Source: Fidelibacterota bacterium (lineage in GTDB: Bacteria; Fidelibacterota; Marinisomatia; Marinisomatales; TCS55). From it: a DNA stretch of 24,010 nucleotides. Below, piece after piece: positions 9,063 through 17,919 of the stretch. The notes under the pieces were generated by a model. It searched no databases. It was not told where the DNA came from and was given only the letters and a program-made list of their open reading frames with translations. A program made the position numbers and the translations under genes. The stretch lies in assembly GCA_046861385.1 (NCBI GenBank), contig JBHHTW010000032.1:1-24010 (forward strand), read 5' to 3'. Every line of letters begins with the position of its first letter. Position 1 is the stretch's first letter.

Positions 9063-9893
9063 ATGAATTCTTTTAATTCCCGACTTTCACATCACATTGC
9101 AGATAAACATTCTTGGCTTTGCGTTGGGTTGGATATAAATCCAGAGAATCTACACGGAAAAGATTCTACACTGACCGAACTCAAAAGTCACACTAAAAGT
9201 GTCATAGACGCCACGCGGGATTTTGCTGCTGCATACAAACCGAACCTGGCATTTTTTGAACGGTGGGGAAGCAAGGGGTTTGCCTGGCTGGAAGAAACAA
9301 TGGAATATATAGGGCGCCAAACGTTGATTATTGGCGATGCCAAACGAGGAGATATTGGTCACACGGCAACTCAATATGCCATCAGTCTATTTGATCATTT
9401 TGGATTCGATGCGGTCACGCTAAATCCGTACATGGGTCGGGATACCATTGAACCGTTCATACAAAATCCTGAAAAAGGTGTTTTTGTTTTGTGCCGGACT
9501 TCAAATCAATCCGGGAACGACTTACAAAACTTGAACACAAATGGAAAACGGTTATTTGAATCGGTCGCTGAATATTGCGCCAATTTGAATGAGAATAATA
9601 ACATTGGTCTGGTAGTTGGTGCGACCAATCCTGAAGAAATTCAACTTGTTCGTAGTAAGGCACCTGGATTACCGTTGCTCATTCCCGGTATTGGCGCTCA
9701 AGGTGGTGCCCTTGAGGCCAGTCTTACAGCTGGAAATACTAACGGTGCCGCTTTAATCAACGTTTCCCGGGGGATTAGTTTCGCCGGAGATCAAGGTGAA
9801 GAAGCAATTCATGATGCGGCAAAAGACTATGTGGAAAAAATGAGGAAGATTGCAAAGAATCTCGATTTATGCTATATGAATGATGACTTTTGA
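9063..9893 (+). CDS. pyrF: Orotidine-5'-phosphate decarboxylase
   Basis: LCVGLD, YKPNLAFFE, DAKRGDIGHT, GLVVGAT, LIPGIGAQGG and NVSRGI motifs; pyrE nearby. Confidence 0.96.
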   Translation: MNSFNSRLSHHIADKHSWLCVGLDINPENLHGKDSTLTELKSHTKSVIDATRDFAAAYKPNLAFFERWGSKGFAWLEETMEYIGRQTLIIGDAKRGDIGHTATQYAISLFDHFGFDAVTLNPYMGRDTIEPFIQNPEKGVFVLCRTSNQSGNDLQNLNTNGKRLFESVAEYCANLNENNNIGLVVGATNPEEIQLVRSKAPGLPLLIPGIGAQGGALEASLTAGNTNGAALINVSRGISFAGDQGEEAIHDAAKDYVEKMRKIAKNLDLCYMNDDF

Positions 9894-9944
9894 TATTTGA
9901 ACTAAAACAAGAATAAAATTTGAATTGTGAATTGAGATATTTGA
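9891..9944. repeat. Left degenerate short-period repeat tract flanking the four-helix-bundle gene
   Basis: TGATATTTGA (9891-9900), TGAATTGTGAATT (9921-9933) and TTGAGATATTTGA (9932-9944); complementary to the tract at 10363-10398. Confidence 0.6.
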
Positions 9945-9988
9945 ATGAGGAAAAAAAAAGAAAAAATAAGACTCGGAGGAAATAAATA

Positions 9989-10377
9989 ATGAGTGAATCT
10001 GAAGAACTTGAAAATAGACTCATCGATTTTGCAGTTGATATTATGAATATGGCTGAGACTTTGCCAATACTCGATCTGGTAATTATATGAGTGGTCAAAT
10101 TATTCGATCTGGAACTGCACCGGCATTGCTTTATGGTGAAGTTAGAGCAGCGGAATCCAAAAAGGATTTTGTTCATAAATTAAAAGTGGCCTTAAAAGAA
10201 TTAAGAGAAACATTGGTTTCATTAAAAATTATGATAAAAAAAGAATTTCCAATTGATTTAAATAATTGTAAATCTCTTCAATCTGAATGTAATGAATTGG
10301 TTTCTATTTTTGTTTCCAGTTCAAAAACAGCTGATAAAAACTTAAAACTTTCATCAAGAAAAAATCATAATTCATAA
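9989..10377 (+). pseudogene. Four-helix-bundle protein (23S rRNA IVS protein / TIGR02436-like), frameshifted near 10066
   Basis: SD GGAGGA (9975-9980) and ATG 9989 give MSESEELENRLIDFAVDIMNMAETLP; that frame stops at 10090. The -1 frame continues NTRSGNYMSGQIIRSGTAPALLYGE...ESKKDFVHKLKVALKELRET...ECNELVSIF. Adding one A at CCA/AAT restores a 129-aa family member. Confidence 0.85.
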
Positions 10378-10398
10378 ATAAAATATCAAATATCCCAA
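10363..10398. repeat. Right degenerate repeat tract, inverted relative to the left tract
   Basis: AATCATAATTCA (10363-10374) and TCAAATATCCCAA (10386-10398; 12/13 match to the reverse complement of 9932-9944). Confidence 0.6.
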
Positions 10399-10415
10399 AT
10401 CATAGAGTTTAAAAA

Positions 10416-10991
10416 TTGGACAACGAAAAATATTTACAAATTTTCAAGGAAACAGGCGCATTGTTAAAAGGGCATTTTGTCTTAACATCCGGACGGCATA
10501 GCACAACCTATTTTCAATGTGCAAAAGTATTGCAGTATCCTGAGCATCTCTCTCATTTTGCTGAAACTATTAACCATTACTTTAAAAGAATAGAAATCGA
10601 TGCGGTCATTTCCCCTGCGGTGGGTGGAATTGTTTTTGGAACTGAAGTGGGTAGGCAGCTTGGTGTGAAAACAATTTTCGCTGAACGGCAGAATGGAAAA
10701 ATGACCTTGAGACGAGGTTTCTCAATCGAAAATGGTGAAAAGTTTTTAGTCGTGGAAGATGTAGTTACCACCGGTGGCTCTGTTAGGGAAGTGATGGATA
10801 TTGTCGACGCATACGGTGGTGAGGTTATCGGCGTTGGTTTGGCCGTTGACCGTAGTGGAGGAAACATTAAATTACACAATAATCAATTTGCTGTCACGAC
10901 CCAGACAGCATTGAGTTATGCACCGGACGAAATTCCGGTAGAATTAAAGAACATTCCCATTGAAAAACCGGGAAGCAGGAGTTTAAAATGA
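10416..10991 (+). CDS. pyrE: Orotate phosphoribosyltransferase (TTG start)
   Basis: [16 protein letters not shown] and the PRPP-binding [11 protein letters not shown] motif. Confidence 0.95.
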   Translation: MDNEKYLQIFKETGALLKGHFVLTSGRHSTTYFQCAKVLQYPEHLSHFAETINHYFKRIEIDAVISPAVGGIVFGTEVGRQLGVKTIFAERQNGKMTLRRGFSIENGEKFLVVEDVVTTGGSVREVMDIVDAYGGEVIGVGLAVDRSGGNIKLHNNQFAVTTQTALSYAPDEIPVELKNIPIEKPGSRSLK

Positions 10992-11584
10992 AATATTTTA
11001 CAATCATAATAGGAATATTGATAATGAGTTCATGTACAAAAGAAGAAGATGTTGCGGTAATCTCCACTAAGTTCGGCGATATGGTTGTGGCCTTTTATCC
11101 TGAGGTTGCTCCGAAGCATGTGGAAAGTTTTATAACCCATTCGAAAAATAAATATTTTGATGGTACAACCTTTCATCGTGTAATACCTGGTTTTGTCATA
11201 CAGGGTGGTGATCCAAATTCCAAAGATGAAGACAGATCGAATGACGGGATGGGTGGACATGCATCAAACTATTACGGAATTGGGGAAGAAGGTAATGAAT
11301 CGACATGGATGCTGCCGGCAGAATTTAACGATAAACCGCATGTAACCGGCGCACTCTCCATGGCTCGCGCACAAGATCCAAATAGCGCAGGAAGTCAATT
11401 TTTTGTTTGCGCTGCACCTGCTCACCAATTGGATCATAAATATACCGTTTTCGGTCAGGTTATTTCCGGACTTGAAGTGATCCGGGATATAGTGAATACT
11501 CCCAGAGATGATAGAGATAATCCAACGGATAAAGTAGAAATGCATGTTACAATTATGCCGCGAAGCCAAGCATTAGGGCAATGA
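10988..11584 (+). CDS. Cyclophilin-type peptidyl-prolyl isomerase, predicted lipoprotein
   Basis: [31 protein letters not shown] and YTVFGQV; lipobox IMSS-C; ATGA overlap with pyrE. Confidence 0.95.
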   Translation: MKYFTIIIGILIMSSCTKEEDVAVISTKFGDMVVAFYPEVAPKHVESFITHSKNKYFDGTTFHRVIPGFVIQGGDPNSKDEDRSNDGMGGHASNYYGIGEEGNESTWMLPAEFNDKPHVTGALSMARAQDPNSAGSQFFVCAAPAHQLDHKYTVFGQVISGLEVIRDIVNTPRDDRDNPTDKVEMHVTIMPRSQALGQ

Positions 11585-12489
11585 CGCTAACTGTTGGTTT
11601 AGCTCTTGGTGGCGGTGGAGCCAGAGGCGCCGCTCATATTGGTGTTTTACAGGTACTCCACGAACGTGGAATCCATGTTCATCATATAGCAGGGACAAGC
11701 GCCGGTTCGATTATTGGCGCCATGTATGCATATAATGAAGATCCGTACTGGATTGAAAATCGTTTTGAAGAATTTTTGGAATCAGATGTATTTCATAATA
11801 TGGGTACAAAGAGAATTCGTGACCAAGACCGTCCGGATTCTGCCATTGGGCAGCTAACCAGATATGTTCGGGATCGAATTGTTTTAATTATGTCCCAACA
11901 AAAATCTTATATTATTAAACACGAAATATTAAAACGGGCGATAGAATTTCTGGTTCCCGTTACAGATTTCACAGAATTAACTATTCCAATAAGTGTTACT
12001 GCAACAGATATGCAAAATGGGACACAAGTGGTATATGAACAGGGGAATCTAATTGATGCACTTGTTCAAAGTTCCTCAATTCCAGGATTCGTCCAACCGA
12101 CTGAATTTGAAAATATGATAATGGTTGATGGAGGTGTTATTGATCCTATCCCTGTTGAAATTTCCAAAGAACACGTTGATTTTACTATCGCGGTTAGCAT
12201 CACTAAAGACAGCTTAAAGGAATTAAAAACGAAAAACATTTATGAAATTTTAACAAGATCCGATCAAATCACGTCCAGTTACCTTGCAAAATCAAAAATA
12301 GAAAAGGCAGATTTTATTATTAAACCCTCCGTTGGCGGATTGCACTGGTCACGGTTTGACCAATTTAGTATGCTGCTTGAAAGCGGGAGAGAGGCAGCTT
12401 TCCAGTCTATAGATGAGTTAATAATGGACCTGAATCGTCGAAAAAGTTTATTTTATTCTTTGAAACAAAAATTGGGGTTAACACGTTAA
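11581..12489 (+). CDS. Patatin-like phospholipase (RssA/NTE family)
   Basis: LALGGGGARGAAHIG, nucleophile motif GTSAG and catalytic DGG. Confidence 0.93.
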   Translation: MTLTVGLALGGGGARGAAHIGVLQVLHERGIHVHHIAGTSAGSIIGAMYAYNEDPYWIENRFEEFLESDVFHNMGTKRIRDQDRPDSAIGQLTRYVRDRIVLIMSQQKSYIIKHEILKRAIEFLVPVTDFTELTIPISVTATDMQNGTQVVYEQGNLIDALVQSSSIPGFVQPTEFENMIMVDGGVIDPIPVEISKEHVDFTIAVSITKDSLKELKTKNIYEILTRSDQITSSYLAKSKIEKADFIIKPSVGGLHWSRFDQFSMLLESGREAAFQSIDELIMDLNRRKSLFYSLKQKLGLTR

Positions 12490-12512
12490 TTCCACTACTT
12501 TCTCCGTCTGAA

Positions 12513-14375
12513 ATGAAACAAAAAATACACATTTTATTGTGGCTAGCATTGATGACTGGACTCTGGGGACAATTCCAGAACCCAGTCATCGTTACGGCAA
12601 CTGTGGAAGAACCTGCGCGAGCAGGAGAAGTAGTCCATGTGATTTTAACAGCTGCCATGGACCATGAGTGGCATATTTATGCTTTAGATGATGCCGGCGA
12701 TGGTCCCATTGCAACATCTATTACTATATCGGGAGACGCAGTGTCTCGTCAGGGAAAAATCAAAGAGCCCAAGCCCATAGAAAAATTTGATGAAGGTTTT
12801 GGTACAATCACTCGGTACCACGAGGGAACTACCCAATACGATATTCCAGTTCAGCTGGATGGCAATATTAATCCGGGGACTGTTCATTTATCAGCCACAA
12901 TCCGTTATCAGATATGTAATGCTTCCTTATGTTATCCACCTAAGGATATCAAAGTAGATGTTCCAGTTAGTATTGAAGCAGGTGAACCCCGCCGGGGGCA
13001 TGTAAAATTCATCGCTGCTTCTGTGACAGATATAAGCGGAAATATTGACTTGAAAGCTGCCATAGATAAAGGATTTTGGTCATTCGTATTTTTGGCGTTA
13101 TCCATGGGTTTTTTGGCGTTGCTGACACCATGCGTGTTTCCAATGATTCCTATAACGATTTCCTATTTTACTCATCAGGGGGAATTGAAAAACCAGAGTC
13201 CCGTAAAACAGGCGTCGGTTTATGGATTTGGCATCATTAGCACATTTACAATTTTAGGATTGATTTTAGCAATAACCTTGGGTGCATCAGGCGCCAACCA
13301 GTTGGCGGCAAATCCGTGGGTCAATCTATTTATTGGAGCTTTATTTACTTATTTTGCCCTATCGTTATTTGGCATGTATGAAATTCAATTGCCATCCAGT
13401 ATACGTCAACTGGCTCAGAAACAAGAAGGCAGAGGTGGCTATGCTGGTACACTTTTTATGGCAGTGACCTTCACCTTAACTTCATTTACATGTACCGTTC
13501 AATTTGTGGGTCTTCTTCTGGTGGCGGCTAGCCAGGGACAGTGGTTTTGGCCTGTTTTGGGGATGATCATTTTCAGTGCAGCTTTTTCATTACCCTTTTT
13601 CTTTCTGGCTTTGTTTCCCCAATATCTCGCCCGGATGCCAAAATCGGGAGGCTGGTTGAATTCAGTAAAAGTCGTAATGGGATTTTTAGAGTTGGCTGCC
13701 GCATTTAAATTTTTTAGCAATACAGATCTCGTCTGGAATTTGCAAATTTTCACCCATGTATCGGTGTTAGCAGTTTGGACGATATTAATGTTCTTTACTG
13801 GTCTGTATCTTTTGGGGAAGATTCAATTACCCCATGATTCAAAAATAGAAACTATCAGTGTTCAAAGAATGCTGTTAAGCGTTTTCTTTCTAACATTTTC
13901 CTTATATCTTGGTACCGGACTCTTTGGTCGTCCAATCCATGGCTTAATATATTCTTATCTTCCACCAAAATTAACCGAAGAAGTCGGATTGATTTCAGAA
14001 ATGAATGGTAATGGTGGGCAAAAATGGTTCACTGATTTGGATGAAGCTTTTGTGGCGGCTAATACGTTGGGAAAGAATATTTTTGTAGATTTTACAGGAT
14101 ATACATGCACGAATTGCCGGTGGATGGAATCAAATATTTTCACTAAAGATGAAGTGAAAGAACGGTTTAAAGAATTTATACTTGTGAGGTTGTACACGGA
14201 TGGAGGTGAAAATTACCGCACCAAACAACAATACGAAATTGATCGCTTTGGGACTGCTGCTTTACCTTATTACGTCATATTGAGTCCTGAAGACGACGTA
14301 TTAGGTAAGTTTCCAGGTTTGACACGTGATTTAGATATTTTTTTAAAATTTTTAGATAAAGGAATAAATGGTTAA
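12513..14375 (+). CDS. dsbD: Thiol:disulfide interchange protein DsbD (three-domain)
   Basis: Signal peptide; N-domain WHIY and YQICNASLCYPP; TM domain LTPCVFPMIP and SFTCT; C-terminal thioredoxin DFTGYTCTNCRWME. Confidence 0.92.
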   Translation: MKQKIHILLWLALMTGLWGQFQNPVIVTATVEEPARAGEVVHVILTAAMDHEWHIYALDDAGDGPIATSITISGDAVSRQGKIKEPKPIEKFDEGFGTITRYHEGTTQYDIPVQLDGNINPGTVHLSATIRYQICNASLCYPPKDIKVDVPVSIEAGEPRRGHVKFIAASVTDISGNIDLKAAIDKGFWSFVFLALSMGFLALLTPCVFPMIPITISYFTHQGELKNQSPVKQASVYGFGIISTFTILGLILAITLGASGANQLAANPWVNLFIGALFTYFALSLFGMYEIQLPSSIRQLAQKQEGRGGYAGTLFMAVTFTLTSFTCTVQFVGLLLVAASQGQWFWPVLGMIIFSAAFSLPFFFLALFPQYLARMPKSGGWLNSVKVVMGFLELAAAFKFFSNTDLVWNLQIFTHVSVLAVWTILMFFTGLYLLGKIQLPHDSKIETISVQRMLLSVFFLTFSLYLGTGLFGRPIHGLIYSYLPPKLTEEVGLISEMNGNGGQKWFTDLDEAFVAANTLGKNIFVDFTGYTCTNCRWMESNIFTKDEVKERFKEFILVRLYTDGGENYRTKQQYEIDRFGTAALPYYVILSPEDDVLGKFPGLTRDLDIFLKFLDKGING

Positions 14376-14954
14376 ATGAATCGACTGATAACAATAATAT
14401 CAATATTTATTTTAGTGATTTCAACAGGATGCAGTCCAAATAATGATAAAGGATCTGTAAAAGATTCAACAGCGAATGTAACACCGACGAATCAACCTGC
14501 CAGACCGAAAAATGCTGTTTTGGCTCCAGGATTTTCTCTAGCGCGGACCAGTGGTGAAATTGTCAGCATGGACGATTTAAAAGGAAAAGTTATTCTGCTG
14601 AATTTCTGGGGTACATGGTGTGGACCTTGCAGAAAGGAAATTCCTGACTTTGTAAAATTATATGAAAAATATCATAAAGATGGACTTGAAATTATAGGTG
14701 TAACTCTCACGTCAGGATCTCCCGATAAAATTGAAACCTTTATGAGCCAATGGAAAATGAACTACACTATTTTAACGGATATAGGCAATAATGAAACACA
14801 GCAGGTAACTGCTGATTATGGCCGTGCTGTGGGTCAACCAATCACTGGAATACCAACCACATTTTTAATCGATCGCGATGGGTATATCGTTAAAAGTTAT
14901 TTGGGACCCCGTTCAGAAGAAATATTCTATCATGATCTAAAACCCTATTTATAA
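14376..14954 (+). CDS. TlpA/ResA-like thiol-disulfide oxidoreductase, predicted lipoprotein
   Basis: LLNFWGTWCGPCRKEIP and IPTTFLIDRDG; lipobox ISTG-C; abuts the dsbD stop. Confidence 0.93.
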   Translation: MNRLITIISIFILVISTGCSPNNDKGSVKDSTANVTPTNQPARPKNAVLAPGFSLARTSGEIVSMDDLKGKVILLNFWGTWCGPCRKEIPDFVKLYEKYHKDGLEIIGVTLTSGSPDKIETFMSQWKMNYTILTDIGNNETQQVTADYGRAVGQPITGIPTTFLIDRDGYIVKSYLGPRSEEIFYHDLKPYL

Positions 14955-14967
14955 TACAGGTTCTCCT

Positions 14968-17919
14968 GTGAAAATTCATCTGTTCATTGTAGCGAGTCTG
15001 TTTCTGCTTGCCTCATTAATATATTCTGAAGAGGAATATTTCCAGCAATTTGTACATTATAACATGGATGTGACACTTGATGTCAAAAATCATACACTCA
15101 GTGGGCAATCGATCATCGATTATACAAATCATTCGCCGGATGAACTGGCGAACATATATTTACATTTATTACCCAATGCATTTCAGATAGGTTCTGTTAA
15201 GTATAGAGAGTATATGCAGAGATTTGGGCACTTGGGTCGTGCAGCTAAATTCATCCAAGGAACTGAATCATATTTTAGTCACATTGATGTGAGCCATTTT
15301 ACAATTAATCACAATGGAGTGACCCTTGCAGATTCTTTTCTGATAGATGATACTATTTTATCCGCATCCCTGAGTCGTCCATTAAAGCCGGGTGAATCAG
15401 TGAGAATGAAATTTAATTGGGTTCATTACATTGGTGAACAAGTCGAACGAGCAGGCAGAGTAGGCAGCCAGTACAATTTAGCCCAATGGTATCCAAAGAT
15501 AGTGGTGTATGATCAGGATGGGTGGCACCATGATCCCTTTCATGCATCGGGCGAATTTTATGGTGAATTTGGTACTTTTGATGTAACGATTGATGTTCCA
15601 GATTATTATACGGTGGGTGCCACCGGTATTGTTACCAGTGGGGATCCAGGCTGGCAATCAATTGCAGTAGACACAACAAGAGATTTTAATGATTGGTTGA
15701 AAGAGTACCAGGATACAAAAACAGAAATTGATTCTTCCCTTCGACGATCGGTTACATTTCATGCAGAAAACGTTCATGATTTTGCATGGATCACTTCCCC
15801 CACATTCCTATATGAACACGGCTCTTGGAACGGCATTGATGTCCATGTATTGTTCAACGAGAAAAATGGTGAAAAATGGACCAGAAAAGTTAGAGAACGC
15901 TCTGAAAATGCTTTGGCATGGTTAAGCACTCAATTTGGAGCATATCCATATCCTCAGGTGACGACTACTGATCGTTTAAAAGGCGGCGGTATGGAATATC
16001 CCATGCTTGTTATGAATGGCAGCGAGAGGGAAGGACTTATTATCCATGAAATAGGTCATATATGGTTCTATGGTATTTTGGGAAATAATGAGTTGGATGA
16101 GGCTTGGCTGGATGAAGGATTCACAACTTTTCAAACCCGTGAGTATTTAATGAATCGATATGGTCCACATGGATTTGACTTGAAAGAGTCGGAACGATAT
16201 AAGCCGTTTGAAAAAAAACACCGCAAGTTCGCCAGTGCCCTTGATCGAAATCAGTGGTCAGTCATCCGTTATCAAACCAGTGGAAGTGACGAACCTATCA
16301 GTCGAAAATCATTTATGTTCAATCACAGTGGATCCTATAGATTTAATGCATATACAAAGCCATCCCTAATGCTGCAGGAATTAAAATATGTTCTTGGAGA
16401 CTCTCTCTTTTATCAGTCCATGCAGGAATATTATCAGCGTTGGAAATTAAAACATCCGACAGAAGAACAATTCGTTTCGACCGTTGAAGAAGTAACCCGT
16501 GAAGACTTGGATTGGTTTTTTATTCCATGGCTCCATAATACCCGACTTTTGGATTATGGAATAAAAAAATGGAAAAAAACAAAAACGAATAATGGTTGGG
16601 ATATGGAAGTTGTGATTATAAAACGGGGTACTCGGGAAATGCCCCAGCTTTTAGAAGTGACGATGAAGGATGGATCAAAAGAACGTATTTGGTGGCGGAA
16701 TCAAAAATGGCGCAAACAAGATACTTTTAATTTTACACTTAATAAAGAACCACGTTCAATTGTTTTGGATCCCGACGTGCAAACCTTAGATGTAGACCGT
16801 CGAAATAATTATAGCCGCAAAATGCCCATAGAAACGCAGTTTAATTGGATCGACTCAAATTATAATCCGAGGGATAAATATGTACTAAAATGGTTTCCAA
16901 CCCTGGATTACCATGACAAGGATGGATATATACCCGGTTTCCAAGTAAGCAGGAAATATGGAAATTGGGAAAAACTTGACTTTAGTCTGAGTTATGGGGA
17001 AGAATCCAAAAATGTATATTGGTCATATTCAAGCAATCGGAAACCTGTACATAGTTTTCAGGGTTATTCAACTTCTATCCATGCCTATGATTTGGGTGCT
17101 GTTAATGGCTATGGTATGGAAATCAAGAATCATTTAAATGAAGCTTTCGCCGACTTCATGTCTCATTATTCGTCTATTGGATTTTACGTGACAAATACAG
17201 CTGATACTTCCAGAACCAACTTATACGACTTGGGTCAGGTCGCCGTCATCTTTGGAAAATACAGTTTTTCATTTATGAATAAGTTGAATGTGAGTATGGA
17301 TATTGCCACCACGCCGGATTTTGCTTCCCATTGGTCGTTCTCGCGTTTTAATGCGATAATTTCATTCAATATGAACAAAGATAAAATGGGTGTTCGCAAT
17401 AGGACAATTTTAGGCCGCATGGTCAGTAAAAATGGAGTTCCTGCCCAAGAAAGATATACAATTGAAGGAGCCGGATCAGGAGACGCATATGCAAAACCTT
17501 TTTTAAGGGATGAATCATCATTTTATGGGAATGTCGATCTTCGCAATCATTATCATCTAGTCGGAGATGCGAATCTTCGGGGATATTTTGGAGAAAAATT
17601 AATCGGTGCAGAATCAATAATTTCAAATTCGTTTGAATTATATTTTAAACCTTCAATTAAAGTAATCGATATTGAATTTGCTGCATTTATAGACGATGGT
17701 TGGATATGGGGGAGTAAATATTTGCCGGGAGATGGAGGATTTAACGGAGAATACCTTTTGGACGCCGGGGTAGGATTAAGATTGCAAAAAACCGTTCTTG
17801 GTAAGATATTCTATATACGATTGGATGCGCCTTTTCTTGTAAAAGACATCAGTGGTAAAAATGAAGGTGTTGGTATTCATCGTGACAAGTGGCTATTTAG
17901 TTTTTCAAAAAGTATATGA
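14968..17919 (+). CDS. Secreted M1-family zinc aminopeptidase with a C-terminal putative Omp85-like beta-barrel (GTG start)
   Basis: Signal peptide; GGMEYP; HEIGH-x18-E (AWLDEG); AYTK catalytic Tyr region. The C-terminal ~345 aa are amphipathic beta with LRGY, FIDDGWIW, AGVGLR, RLDAP and terminal WLFSFSKSI. Confidence 0.88.
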   Translation: MKIHLFIVASLFLLASLIYSEEEYFQQFVHYNMDVTLDVKNHTLSGQSIIDYTNHSPDELANIYLHLLPNAFQIGSVKYREYMQRFGHLGRAAKFIQGTESYFSHIDVSHFTINHNGVTLADSFLIDDTILSASLSRPLKPGESVRMKFNWVHYIGEQVERAGRVGSQYNLAQWYPKIVVYDQDGWHHDPFHASGEFYGEFGTFDVTIDVPDYYTVGATGIVTSGDPGWQSIAVDTTRDFNDWLKEYQDTKTEIDSSLRRSVTFHAENVHDFAWITSPTFLYEHGSWNGIDVHVLFNEKNGEKWTRKVRERSENALAWLSTQFGAYPYPQVTTTDRLKGGGMEYPMLVMNGSEREGLIIHEIGHIWFYGILGNNELDEAWLDEGFTTFQTREYLMNRYGPHGFDLKESERYKPFEKKHRKFASALDRNQWSVIRYQTSGSDEPISRKSFMFNHSGSYRFNAYTKPSLMLQELKYVLGDSLFYQSMQEYYQRWKLKHPTEEQFVSTVEEVTREDLDWFFIPWLHNTRLLDYGIKKWKKTKTNNGWDMEVVIIKRGTREMPQLLEVTMKDGSKERIWWRNQKWRKQDTFNFTLNKEPRSIVLDPDVQTLDVDRRNNYSRKMPIETQFNWIDSNYNPRDKYVLKWFPTLDYHDKDGYIPGFQVSRKYGNWEKLDFSLSYGEESKNVYWSYSSNRKPVHSFQGYSTSIHAYDLGAVNGYGMEIKNHLNEAFADFMSHYSSIGFYVTNTADTSRTNLYDLGQVAVIFGKYSFSFMNKLNVSMDIATTPDFASHWSFSRFNAIISFNMNKDKMGVRNRTILGRMVSKNGVPAQERYTIEGAGSGDAYAKPFLRDESSFYGNVDLRNHYHLVGDANLRGYFGEKLIGAESIISNSFELYFKPSIKVIDIEFAAFIDDGWIWGSKYLPGDGGFNGEYLLDAGVGLRLQKTVLGKIFYIRLDAPFLVKDISGKNEGVGIHRDKWLFSFSKSI

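Noticed and set aside
9989-10377. Diversity-generating retroelement (the four-helix-bundle protein is Avd-related)
   Set aside because: No reverse transcriptase and no TR/VR repeat pair with A-specific mismatches seen in the window
11581-12489. CBASS/CapV-type defence patatin or PlpD-type autotransporter
   Set aside because: No cyclase or other defence genes nearby, no signal peptide or barrel; looks like a housekeeping RssA-like patatin
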